In this document: in pieces, positions 1 through 8,368 of the stretch
Position numbering within the stretch: position 1 is the stretch's first letter
Layout of the letters: each line of letters opens with the position of its first letter
Source of the DNA: Planctomycetota bacterium
Lineage (GTDB): Bacteria; Planctomycetota; UBA1135
DNA length: 10,618 nucleotides
Assembly: GCA_045047305.1 (NCBI GenBank)
Contig: JASFYO010000057.1
Span: 1-10,618 of the forward strand
Direction of reading: 5' to 3'
Position numbers and translations under genes: made by a program
The notes under the pieces: generated by a model
The model's database searches: none
The model's input: the letters and a program-made list of their open reading frames with translations, nothing else
What the model was told of the DNA's origin: nothing

Positions 1-1
1 G

Positions 2-85
2 CTGGCCATCGCTGGCATGCTTTTGTATGCGTATTTCAAGGTCGTAGGCAAAACTGAAATAGAGGAGGAAGATGTCTCAACATGA
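2..85 (+). CDS. 3' end of an upstream gene (partial), probably a membrane protein
   Basis: Frame from base 2 reads LAIAGMLLYAYFKVVGKTEIEEEDVST* (TGA at 83-85): a hydrophobic helix followed by a charged tail. It overlaps the next start by 14 nt. Confidence 0.55.
   Translation: MAIAGMLLYAYFKVVGKTEIEEEDVST
62..68 (+). promoter_or_regulatory. Shine-Dalgarno for the SnoaL-like gene
   Basis: GAGGAGG just upstream of ATG at 72; spacing is short and it also encodes EEE of the upstream frame. Confidence 0.55.
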
Positions 86-542
86 AGATCTAGTAGAACG
101 GTTTTATTTGGCCTTTGCTGCGCGCGATGCTGGGGCTATGGCAACTTGTTATCACCCCGACGTGCACTTCCGCGATGAGGTGTTCGACCTCAAAGGAGCG
201 GAGGCATCAGGCATGTGGCGCATGCTCTGTGCAAAGGGCAAAGACCTACGCATGGAGCATAGCTTTATCCGCACCGAGGGCGACGTCGTGCGCGCGCACT
301 GGGAAGCTCACTACACTTTTTCTGCAAGCGGGCGCCAGGTGCACAACATCATGGAAGCTAAGTTCCGCTTTGCAGACAACCGCATTATTGAGCACATCGA
401 CCAATTCGATTTCTACCGTTGGTCAAAGCAAGCCCTAGGTGCGCCTGGACTACTCCTAGGCTGGACCCCTTATCTAAGATCAAAGGTCCAGGCCAAAGCC
501 AACGCACAACTGCAGGCGTTTCTCAAGAAAAGCCAGGTTTAG
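72..542 (+). CDS. NTF2/SnoaL-like (ketosteroid isomerase-related) protein, 156 aa
   Basis: Family-typical motifs VERFY.AF..RD..AM..CYHPDV.F.D, W.A.YTFS.SGR.V.N and F.F.D.RIIEHID.FDF.RW..QALG..G.LLGW. Its stop overlaps the convergent gene's stop (539-542). Confidence 0.9.
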   Translation: MSQHEDLVERFYLAFAARDAGAMATCYHPDVHFRDEVFDLKGAEASGMWRMLCAKGKDLRMEHSFIRTEGDVVRAHWEAHYTFSASGRQVHNIMEAKFRFADNRIIEHIDQFDFYRWSKQALGAPGLLLGWTPYLRSKVQAKANAQLQAFLKKSQV

Positions 543-1957
543 CCGCCTTTCTTTTTACCGCCAAACAAGCTCCCGACATCGATTTTTCCTTTGAGAGCTT
601 CGTCTAGTTGATCACCAACGCCGCCAGGCAACTTATCGCCAAGCTTATCTTTGATTAAATCACCGGCTTTATTCTGAAGCTTACCTGCCTGCTCATCGAT
701 TAGCTTTTGCGCGCGGCGCGTGACCTCTGCTTTGACCGCACCCCCGAGTAAATCGCCAAGATCGGTTTCGTTTTCAATCGCGAAGCTCGGAGAAGTGGGT
801 GTGCCACCTAAGCGAATGACGAATGCAATCGGTTGGTCTTGCATCGCCGAGTTGAGCAAGGAGCAGAACTCCTTCGCTGCAACACCGAGTACGTCCGGGC
901 TTCCTGCGATCGCACTTAAGGTGGTCCCGTTCATCACTACACGCACACCGCCGCTCAAGCTGTCGGGTTGAAAGAGCAGGTCCATGGTGCCGATGTCGAG
1001 GTTGCCGCCCTCGATTTTGAAGGGGAAGGACTTGCCAATCATGTCGACGATGGAGGCAACCGGGAGCGCATCGGCGGTGAAGTCCAAGCTCGATGGAGTG
1101 CCGTCGCGGGAAAGGCCTAAGCGGAAATCAAGTGCCCCGCCTTCTACCAAGCCACCTTTGCCAGCGTAAATCGCTTGCGGGGAGGCGTCGCTGGGTGGAG
1201 TGCCTACGTTGTCCAAGGAGAAGCTGAAGTCTTGCAGCGCTGGCAGTACCGGGCGTTCAGTGCGCTCGTCCAAGGTTTCCCATTGGAAGTCGGTGAGCTC
1301 GGCATGTTGCAGCCAAAAAACGCCATCGGAGGATTCAGCAGCAAGCTGTTGCGCTGCCTGGACAAAATCCGGCATGCCGGGGAACTTAATGCGCTGTAGA
1401 GCATCGTCCTCAGAAGCATCGTCATCGCCCCCTAAGCTGCCGCCGTACTCATCGTAATATTCTTTGTAGTGCTTGTAGCGATCCCAATATTCCGTGGCGA
1501 TTTGCACGAAGTCGCGGTCCTTTGCAGGGGGTAAAGAAGCATCTTCTTTGGGTTGCGGGTTGGAGCTGGTTACATCTTCGGGGGGTGGGCCACTATCAAT
1601 GGATAGAGTGCCGTCTTTGCGGATGATGAGGAACAAGCGGGCGTTGTTGAGCTGTGCGTTTTCAATCAACACTCGGCCGTCGATCAAGGCGGTAGTGCTT
1701 AGGTTGATCTCTGCCTTACCAATTTCGAGCACAGGGTTGTCGTCGGTACCTACTTTGAACTGCTCTACACCAGCACTTCCGCCCAGCACGGATAACTCTG
1801 CAGAGGTGAAACCCACCGGCCGCTTGAATGCAACCGGTCCGTACTTCTTCAATGCGTGACCGAATAAGCTGTCTCCGCCGAAGATGAGGGTTGTGATTAG
1901 CGCTAAGAACAGGATTAGCACGAATAAAAGGAATCCCTTACGAAGGATGGAAATCAT
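539..1957 (-). CDS. TIGR03545-like / AsmA-like envelope protein with N-terminal membrane anchor, 472 aa
   Basis: N-terminal TM helix (GFLLFVLILFLALITTLIF), an AsmA-N-like beta region (LEIGKAEINLSTTALIDGRVLIENAQLNNARL), alternating beta strands, IRLGGTPTSPSF, and a Lys/Leu amphipathic tail. ATGA overlap with the upstream gene and GGAGG SD 8 nt upstream (+ strand 1966-1970). Family assigned by recognition, not by a search. Confidence 0.7.
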   Translation of the reverse strand: MISILRKGFLLFVLILFLALITTLIFGGDSLFGHALKKYGPVAFKRPVGFTSAELSVLGGSAGVEQFKVGTDDNPVLEIGKAEINLSTTALIDGRVLIENAQLNNARLFLIIRKDGTLSIDSGPPPEDVTSSNPQPKEDASLPPAKDRDFVQIATEYWDRYKHYKEYYDEYGGSLGGDDDASEDDALQRIKFPGMPDFVQAAQQLAAESSDGVFWLQHAELTDFQWETLDERTERPVLPALQDFSFSLDNVGTPPSDASPQAIYAGKGGLVEGGALDFRLGLSRDGTPSSLDFTADALPVASIVDMIGKSFPFKIEGGNLDIGTMDLLFQPDSLSGGVRVVMNGTTLSAIAGSPDVLGVAAKEFCSLLNSAMQDQPIAFVIRLGGTPTSPSFAIENETDLGDLLGGAVKAEVTRRAQKLIDEQAGKLQNKAGDLIKDKLGDKLPGGVGDQLDEALKGKIDVGSLFGGKKKGG

Positions 1958-2490
1958 GCCAGTAACCTCCCGAGGAGGCGGAAGAGGAAGAAGCCGCCAA
2001 GGGCTTTTGCGAGTTTGGTTTTGCCAAACCGGTCACGCCAAACAGGAAGTTTGCTGCGCATCATGAAGTAACTGGCGAGGAAGGTGGGGATCCCAATCAA
2101 CAGGGCAAACATAAAGGTGCCGAAGCCCCAGTAAGTGTGCAGTTGCAAGGATGGCATGCTGGTGGAGAACCCAATCACCATCGACTCCGGAAGGCTGCTA
2201 TCGAGCAAACTTTTTCCCATGTTGAATGCGACTTGATCGAGGAACAGGATAGCCAAGAGTTTGGTGAAACCTGCGAAGAGCATGGTGATGGGCAGCGAAG
2301 CCTTCAGTACCAAGCAAATCAGAAGAATCCACAGCCATAAGCCATTGAGGCCTAGGAACCCAGAACCGGGATCTATCTCGTGGAGTGGAAGCATGCCGAG
2401 GAAAACGCCGAAGAGAATTCCGAGGGCGAACTCCAAGGCGTCGACCTTGCCGGTGAGGGCGCGAGCGAACTGGCGAAGGATGCCAAACAT
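1954..2490 (-). CDS. TIGR03546-like (DUF2062-related) polytopic membrane protein, 178 aa
   Basis: About 4 hydrophobic segments, motifs ALGILFGVFLGMLP and LD.VAF.MG..LL, and a basic amphipathic C-terminus. It lies directly upstream of a TIGR03545-like gene, the known arrangement for this pair. Confidence 0.75.
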   Translation of the reverse strand: MFGILRQFARALTGKVDALEFALGILFGVFLGMLPLHEIDPGSGFLGLNGLWLWILLICLVLKASLPITMLFAGFTKLLAILFLDQVAFNMGKSLLDSSLPESMVIGFSTSMPSLQLHTYWGFGTFMFALLIGIPTFLASYFMMRSKLPVWRDRFGKTKLAKALGGFFLFRLLGRLLA

Positions 2491-2496
2491 GCCTCC

Positions 2497-2506
2497 AGGA
2501 TATACT
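2497..2506. promoter_or_regulatory. Overlapping divergent -10 elements (TATACT +, TATCCT -)
   Basis: AGGATATACT in the short divergent intergenic region: TATACT at 2501-2506 (+), and TATCCT at 2502-2497 (-) 6 nt before ATG 2490. Confidence 0.5.
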
Positions 2507-2532
2507 GAGCGTTGCCCTTCCGTGAGACTCTC

Positions 2533-4989
2533 GTGAAAAAACTCGGCTTCCTTCTCCTCATCCTTTCTGCTGGCTCCTTTGCTTTGGTCCGTTTTGGCCT
2601 GCGTGCCTTGCCCGACTTAGCGACCTATCTGAGTGAGCCGAATCACTTTGGCATGGTGAGTGGAATCCAAGCTGGTGGCATGGTTTTGGGGGGGTGGCTT
2701 TTGGTTTATCCCATGCTGCTGCGCAAGTCGAACCTCGCATTGACCATGATTGGCGTGGTCGCTGCGATTCCCGCTGGCATTTTTATGCATGGCTGGGGTG
2801 TCGACCGCACCATGCCATCGGCGATCTTGCGCCTGAATAGCCGCTGGGATGGGAGTTATCTGCATCACTATTCCGCAGAATTTCTGGACCAGGCTTCTGC
2901 TTGGATCATGAAACTGGACCCGCAACGCGAAGCCTATCGCGCAGTGAATCTACACATGGCGATGGGTGGATACTTGCAGCGCATGGGGCGTGTGCCGGAA
3001 GCGATCGTGCACTTGGAACGCGCGAATGAAATCACCCACATGGACGGCTCGAAAGCTGCTGAGCGTAAGGCTTCGGTGGCGCGTGCATTGGCTGTCGCCT
3101 ACTTGCGCTCCGGGGAGATTGCGTCTTGCTTGTTGCGCCCAAATGAGAAGAGTTGCATTTTCCCTCTTGAAGGAACCGGTTTATGGCGCGACCCAGCCGA
3201 TGCGGTCAAAGCAGAAGCCCTTCTGCGCGAAGTTTTGGAGTTGAATCCCGAGGACGATGGAGTGAAGTGGTTATTGGCCCTGAGCCAGGAGGTTGCTGGC
3301 ACCTACCCAACCAACATTGAAAATTCAAATCTGATGCCGCAAGCCACCATGCTCGGTGAAACTTCGGCGCCCCACTTTCGCAATCTTGCAGTCGCACTTG
3401 GCGTGGCGGGGGATGACCTTGCCGGCAGCGTTGCACTCGACGATTTTGATAATGACGGCTTCGTTGACATTATCACCTGTTGCTATAACCCAAATGAGCC
3501 GATGCGCTATTACCACAACAATGGCGATGGCAGTTTCAGCGATTGGACAGAGCGCGCAGGACTTATCGGGCAAACGGGTGGATTGAACCTCACCCACGCC
3601 GACTTCGATAACGACGGCTTACTCGATATTCTCGTGCTCCGTGGTGCATGGTTCCTATCGGATGGTGCGCAGACCAATTCACTGCTTCGTCAGAACCCAG
3701 ACCACACTTTCACCGATGTCACGCAAGCGGCCGGGCTCGCTTTGGTGGATTATCCAAGTCTTGCTGCAACCTGGGGGGATTACGACCGTGATGGCCTTCT
3801 CGATGTCTACATTGGCAACGAACGCTTAGTCGCCATGGGACGCGGCACTGGTAGCGGGGCCAGTAGAGCTAAGTCTGGCGGCGATGAACTCGCCGACCAC
3901 GCTCCAAGCCAGCTCTTCCACAACAACGGAGATGGCACCTTCACCGATGTCGCCGTGGAGGCTGGAGTGACCAATCATCGCTTTACTCGCGGCACCGCAT
4001 TTGGCGACTACGATAACGATGGTTTCCCGGATTTAGTGGTCTCCAATCTGTCGCAGGCCAATCGTGTTTATCACAATAACGGAGATGGCACTTTTACTGA
4101 TATCGCCGAGACCGCTGGTCATGAGTTCTTGCAGCGCCCGATTCGCGCCTTTGGTTCGTGGTGGATGGATGTCAACAATGATGGCAATCTAGATCTCTTC
4201 GTTTCCGGCTACCCACTCACCGACAAAGTCACCGACGTCATCAGTGATCGCTTTGGCGAGAAGCGCGGTAAGAAAGTGGACCCGCTCGCGCTATATCTTG
4301 GCGATGGTAAAGGTGGCTTCCAAGACGTCACCAAGCAGTGGAACCTTGATCGTGTGCATCTGACCATGGGCGCGAATATTGGCGATGTCGATAACGATGG
4401 CTGGATGGACTTCTATCTGGGAACCGGTGCACCGTCGTTGGAGATCATGATTCCTAATGTGCTGATGCGCAATATGGGCGGTAAAAAGTTCATGGATGCG
4501 ACCACCGCATCTGGCTTAGGCCACCTGCACAAAGGTCACGGTATCGCGATGGCGGACATAGACAATGATGGCGATCTCGACATTTACGCTCAGCTTGGTG
4601 GCTGGTACGTGGATTCGCACTCACAGAACGCTATGTTTCTCAATGAAGGGACCCCAAATCACAGTGTGGACCTGCAACTGGAGGGCGTCACCGCCAACCG
4701 TTTTGGACTCGGCGCGCGGCTAAAAATCATCATTGAGGAGGGGGGGGTAAACCGAGAAATCCACCTCGTAAGTGGCGGCACAGCTAGCTTTGGTAGCAAT
4801 CCTATGGAGCAACACATCGGATTGGGGCAGGCGACGGAAATTCTCGAATTAGAGGTTATTTGGCCGGACCAAGAGGGAAGCTCTCAAGTATTCCATAACT
4901 TGCCTATAGATAAGACCTTACGCATCATTCAGGGCGACCAAGATTGGCAGGTTATCGACCAGGCCGTAGCGCAGATACTGACTGACTAA
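2533..4989 (+). CDS. CRTAC1-family protein: N-terminal TM helices, TPR-like region, 7 FG-GAP/VCBS repeats, C-terminal ASPIC/UnbV domain
   Basis: Seven D-x-D/N-x-D-G-x-x-D repeats (DFDNDGFVD, DFDNDGLLD, DYDRDGLLD, DYDNDGFPD, DVNNDGNLD, DVDNDGWMD, DIDNDGDLD) and NNGDGTFTD motifs. ASPIC/UnbV tail LEG..ANRFGLGARL...HIGLG....I..LEVIWP. TPR-like helices (GRVPEAIVHLERA, LLREVLELNPED). Start is GTG 2533 (MKKLGFLL) or TTG 2512. Confidence 0.88.
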   Translation: MKKLGFLLLILSAGSFALVRFGLRALPDLATYLSEPNHFGMVSGIQAGGMVLGGWLLVYPMLLRKSNLALTMIGVVAAIPAGIFMHGWGVDRTMPSAILRLNSRWDGSYLHHYSAEFLDQASAWIMKLDPQREAYRAVNLHMAMGGYLQRMGRVPEAIVHLERANEITHMDGSKAAERKASVARALAVAYLRSGEIASCLLRPNEKSCIFPLEGTGLWRDPADAVKAEALLREVLELNPEDDGVKWLLALSQEVAGTYPTNIENSNLMPQATMLGETSAPHFRNLAVALGVAGDDLAGSVALDDFDNDGFVDIITCCYNPNEPMRYYHNNGDGSFSDWTERAGLIGQTGGLNLTHADFDNDGLLDILVLRGAWFLSDGAQTNSLLRQNPDHTFTDVTQAAGLALVDYPSLAATWGDYDRDGLLDVYIGNERLVAMGRGTGSGASRAKSGGDELADHAPSQLFHNNGDGTFTDVAVEAGVTNHRFTRGTAFGDYDNDGFPDLVVSNLSQANRVYHNNGDGTFTDIAETAGHEFLQRPIRAFGSWWMDVNNDGNLDLFVSGYPLTDKVTDVISDRFGEKRGKKVDPLALYLGDGKGGFQDVTKQWNLDRVHLTMGANIGDVDNDGWMDFYLGTGAPSLEIMIPNVLMRNMGGKKFMDATTASGLGHLHKGHGIAMADIDNDGDLDIYAQLGGWYVDSHSQNAMFLNEGTPNHSVDLQLEGVTANRFGLGARLKIIIEEGGVNREIHLVSGGTASFGSNPMEQHIGLGQATEILELEVIWPDQEGSSQVFHNLPIDKTLRIIQGDQDWQVIDQAVAQILTD

Positions 4990-5015
4990 GTTCCATAAAA
5001 TTATAGGAATCTGGA

Positions 5016-5021
5016 TATACT
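5016..5021 (+). promoter_or_regulatory. Candidate -10 element for the FG-GAP gene
   Basis: TATACT in an AT-rich intergenic region, within the same GGATATACT 9-mer as at 2498-2506. No clear -35. Confidence 0.35.
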
Positions 5022-5025
5022 TTCA

Positions 5026-5053
5026 GGGCATTTATCCTGCCCCTTTTAGTTTT
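5026..5053 (+). terminator. Possible intrinsic terminator
   Basis: GGGCA (5026-5030), 7-nt loop, TGCCC (5038-5042), then CTTTTAGTTTT. The stem is only 5 bp. Confidence 0.3.
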
Positions 5054-5137
5054 ACGATTTACTATTAGGGGTGAGCGTTCTCGGTCTCTGAGCTTTGATG
5101 CGAGCGACCTCTTCCCTACTCATACTTCATACTTGCG

Positions 5138-6574
5138 ATGAAACCCTTTTCCACTTTTGCTGCACTCGCTGCTGGGCTGACCCTTTGCGCTGGTCTATCC
5201 GCGGCTCAACACACTTTTTCCAACTCTATCTATGCAACGAACGATGCGCCGCAAGGCCTGGCCTCGGGCGACTTTAATGGAGATGGTTGGCTGGACCTCG
5301 TGGTTACAGCCAGTAACCCAGATCGAATGGAGGTGTGGTTGAATGATATCGATGGCACCTACACCCTCAACGCAACCATGCTTCTACCTGTTGGTAGTGA
5401 CCCACGTCATGTCGCGGTGGCCGATTTTAACGGCGACCTCACCCTCGATGCGGCGGTTCTGCTTTACGGCAGCAATGAATTGCAGACCCTAAACGGTCTC
5501 GGCGGCGGAGCCTTCGCCCTTGGCCCGGTAGTCGCTACTGGTCTCAACCCAGTCGATATTGAAACCGCAGATGCGGATGGCGACCAGGACATGGATCTGC
5601 TTGTGGTGACCCAGGGCGATAACAGCGTCACCTTGTTCTTTAACGATGGAGCTGGGGTTCTCACTGGCATGACCATGCCGGTCGGCGTTTCGCCACATGG
5701 ATGCACCTTTGGCGATTTTGATGGCGATATGGATTGGGACTTCGCTGTCTCTAACACCACCGCTCAAACCATCAGTGTGTTTGAGAACCAAGGGCAGGGT
5801 GTTCTCTCTACTTGGAGTACGATTGTTGGCAACCACCCATTCTTCGGCATCGTTGCCGGTGACTTTGATGGCGACCAGGACGATGACCTCGCTATTGTGG
5901 CCACGGATATTGCCGTAGCGAACGATGTCAGCGTTTTCTTAAGCGACGGCCTTGGCGGTTGGGGTGCCCAAACTGATTGGCATATGCCAGTGAAAGAGCC
6001 GAGTGAAATTGCTGTAGGCGACCTCGATTGCGATGGCGATCTTGATTTGGTCGTTGGTTTGCTCGGCGGCTTCAACGGCGGATTTGTTGTCTTGGACAAC
6101 GATGGCTCCGGTGGATTCCCAGTGCCGCAGCGTCAAGGACGTGGCCTTTATGTCAGCGACATCCTTGCTGCCGATCTTGATAACGATGGCGGGGTAGATG
6201 TGGCGAATACTGGCCGCGACTCCAACTTCTTTGCGGTCTCGCTGAACAGGACTTGCGGTCTAAAGATCACTCGAAGCGGTCACTGCAACCAAATGAACGA
6301 TTTCGTGTTCTCCGGCGCCACCCCAGGCGGCGTGGTATTCGCGGTCATCGCGCATGACCCAGGCAGCTTTATGATTCCGCTTAGCAAGCCTTGTGGTGGA
6401 ACCATTCTGTCGCTGGATGGTGCATCCATCATGCTCGCAGGGTTGGAAGTGGCCGATGCCAACGGCGAGGTTCACGTTTCCTTCTGGGGCGGTTCCTTGA
6501 GCTGCGGCATGTGGCTACAAATCATGGACGCCGATACCTGCAACGTATCGAACATCAGTCAACTCACCCCATAG
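5138..6574 (+). CDS. Secreted FG-GAP/VCBS-repeat beta-propeller protein with a Cys-containing C-terminal domain, 478 aa
   Basis: Signal peptide MKPFSTFAALAAGLTLCAGLSAA-Q. Seven repeats: GDFNGDGWLD, ADFNGDLTLD, ADADGDQDMD, GDFDGDMDWD, GDFDGDQDDD, GDLDCDGDLD, ADLDNDGGVD. A distinct tail of about 105 aa follows. Confidence 0.88.
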   Translation: MKPFSTFAALAAGLTLCAGLSAAQHTFSNSIYATNDAPQGLASGDFNGDGWLDLVVTASNPDRMEVWLNDIDGTYTLNATMLLPVGSDPRHVAVADFNGDLTLDAAVLLYGSNELQTLNGLGGGAFALGPVVATGLNPVDIETADADGDQDMDLLVVTQGDNSVTLFFNDGAGVLTGMTMPVGVSPHGCTFGDFDGDMDWDFAVSNTTAQTISVFENQGQGVLSTWSTIVGNHPFFGIVAGDFDGDQDDDLAIVATDIAVANDVSVFLSDGLGGWGAQTDWHMPVKEPSEIAVGDLDCDGDLDLVVGLLGGFNGGFVVLDNDGSGGFPVPQRQGRGLYVSDILAADLDNDGGVDVANTGRDSNFFAVSLNRTCGLKITRSGHCNQMNDFVFSGATPGGVVFAVIAHDPGSFMIPLSKPCGGTILSLDGASIMLAGLEVADANGEVHVSFWGGSLSCGMWLQIMDADTCNVSNISQLTP

Positions 6575-6598
6575 TCTGCATAGACGAACCAAGACCAC

Positions 6599-8368
6599 TC
6601 AGTCGCCGAGCTTACCCTCGGTGGCTGAGTTGTCTGCTTTCTGGGCTTGGTATTGAATGCTGAACTTGCCTGACCCGCGTACTAGCCAACTCACTAAAGT
6701 GCGGCCATGTCCGGGCACGCCGCTCTCAAGCAACACGGTGGAAGGATTGCGCACCATGCTGTTGAGGCGCTCTGGGCGCATGCGATTGCGCGCGCTCAAG
6801 GTTCCGCCGACCAAGACCTTTAGGTTCTTACCGACAATGCTGACGCGATCGGGAGTGCCGATTTTGTTTTCTGCAGCCATGGCCGAGCGGCTTGGGAAGA
6901 GTGCGGAGTTCACCACATCGACGGTGATGCGATAGAGTCCATCACCAAGGTCTTCTACAACCGGTGGCTCCATGGAAACGATTGCGATTTCTTCCGCATG
7001 GCGCGCACAGAACAGAGCGTTGCGGTGAAGCATTTCCTCAATCATGAAGGAGGGAGCTACGCGTCCGTGTTGACGCTTAAAGCCGCCGATTTCGATTTCG
7101 CCGTAAAGCGGATGGTCATAACTATGCCAATCGATGTAGAGCTCGCCCAAGTTCACCGAGTCATTGAATTCCAGACTCTGCCGCGTATTGCTAGTAAACC
7201 AGCCGCCGGTGCGTTCGCGATCTTTGCCCCAGTATTGCTGTGAAGCCCAAAGCTCATTGGTGAAGGAGAAAATGCCAAGGCCCTCATAAGTCCAATTAAT
7301 GAAGCCACCGTGGACGTCGTACAAATCCTTGTAAATGATGAGGTAATTGTAGAAGGGAAGCATCAGTTCGCCTTCTTGGCCTAGTGCATCGTATGCCTGA
7401 ATGTCCGCGCGGGGGTATGAAACCGAGCTTGCGCCGGGCCCTCGCAGAATCATGCCGCCACTGTTATGGAAGCTCTGTACAGCAGCAATGTTCGGATGGG
7501 CAAGAATGAATTTACCGATGGAAGCCGTTTCCGGATAACTGAACGGGAAGTCACCGGCGCCGTATTGAAGGTGGTTTGGCTGCCAATCGCTTGGCCAGTT
7601 TCGGTTCATGTCGTAACCACCTTTGCCATCTTCATTCACACGGCCGTCGCCATCGTTGTCGATGCCTTCTTGGCCGAGGACTAGATAGTCACCTAACTGG
7701 TCCCCCTGAATTGGAATCATGATACGCGGGTCATCGCGGTCCAAACGGTGCGTGCCTTGACCAAGCGGAACCTTCTTTCGCATGGTGAGAATTTCACCAT
7801 CGCCATCAAGGTCATCGACATCGTCTTCATCAAATAGGCCGTCGCGATCGTTATCGGTGGGAGTCGTTCCTGTGCGCGAACTGTGTGGTGTGTTGGCTGC
7901 GTTGAACCAGTGATCGCGGCCATCTGGATTTTGCGACGGAAGAATGTAAAAGGTCCGTGTATCTAAGAGGTTCTTTGCGCGCTCGTTGGTGGCGTAGTGT
8001 TCCAGTAGCCACCATGCCAAATAAATGGATGCTTCACCGCCCTGGACTTCATTCCCGTGCACATTGCCATCGACCCACATGGCAGGCTTATCCGTGTCTT
8101 TACCGGTTTTGTGATTGGTCAAAATCATCACGCGCATGGGCCTCCCTTCAAAAGACTTGCCGATATCGACCAGCTTTACAAACTTCGGATATGCTTTTTG
8201 CAGCCGCTTCATGTGGTCGAGCAATTCACCATGGTTGTAGTAACGGTTCCAAGGAATCTCAACCTTAGGTTCCCAGCGTCCGCCGGGGTCTTGTGCGTAC
8301 AGGGAAAGAGTTGTGGCGCAAGCCGCTGCAGCAGCAAGGACGATGACTTTAAGGGTTGAATTGCGCAT
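6599..8368 (-). CDS. Secreted M14-family zinc carboxypeptidase, predicted active, 589 aa
   Basis: Signal peptide; IGKSFEGR; zinc ligands H104-G-N-E107 (GNVHGNE) and H301 (SFHNSGG); NPDG; D-M-N255-R-N-W; YPET; catalytic E372 (FTNELW); C-terminal beta-sandwich-like domain. Confidence 0.93.
   Translation of the reverse strand: MRNSTLKVIVLAAAAACATTLSLYAQDPGGRWEPKVEIPWNRYYNHGELLDHMKRLQKAYPKFVKLVDIGKSFEGRPMRVMILTNHKTGKDTDKPAMWVDGNVHGNEVQGGEASIYLAWWLLEHYATNERAKNLLDTRTFYILPSQNPDGRDHWFNAANTPHSSRTGTTPTDNDRDGLFDEDDVDDLDGDGEILTMRKKVPLGQGTHRLDRDDPRIMIPIQGDQLGDYLVLGQEGIDNDGDGRVNEDGKGGYDMNRNWPSDWQPNHLQYGAGDFPFSYPETASIGKFILAHPNIAAVQSFHNSGGMILRGPGASSVSYPRADIQAYDALGQEGELMLPFYNYLIIYKDLYDVHGGFINWTYEGLGIFSFTNELWASQQYWGKDRERTGGWFTSNTRQSLEFNDSVNLGELYIDWHSYDHPLYGEIEIGGFKRQHGRVAPSFMIEEMLHRNALFCARHAEEIAIVSMEPPVVEDLGDGLYRITVDVVNSALFPSRSAMAAENKIGTPDRVSIVGKNLKVLVGGTLSARNRMRPERLNSMVRNPSTVLLESGVPGHGRTLVSWLVRGSGKFSIQYQAQKADNSATEGKLGD

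Noticed and set aside
2492..2496. GGAGG (minus strand) as the SD of the gene starting at 2490
   Set aside because: It is only 1 nt from the ATG, too close to work as a canonical SD.
3920..4108. Near-repeat DNA (cacaacaacggagatggcaccttcaccgat / cacaataacggagatggcacttttactgat) as CRISPR or a mobile repeat
   Set aside because: It encodes HNNGDGTFTD protein repeats with synonymous differences and has no repeat-spacer structure.
4739..4747. Poly-G runs (here and near 2686-2693) as phase-variation tracts
   Set aside because: Short, in-frame Gly codons with the ORF intact.
4988..5012. XerCD dif-like site (ATAA..TTAT arms)
   Set aside because: The spacer is 2 nt rather than 6 and there is no TTATGTTAAAT-like XerD arm.
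6574..6585. GTCT-GCAT-AGAC hairpin between convergent genes as a terminator
   Set aside because: 4-bp stem with no U-tract on either strand.
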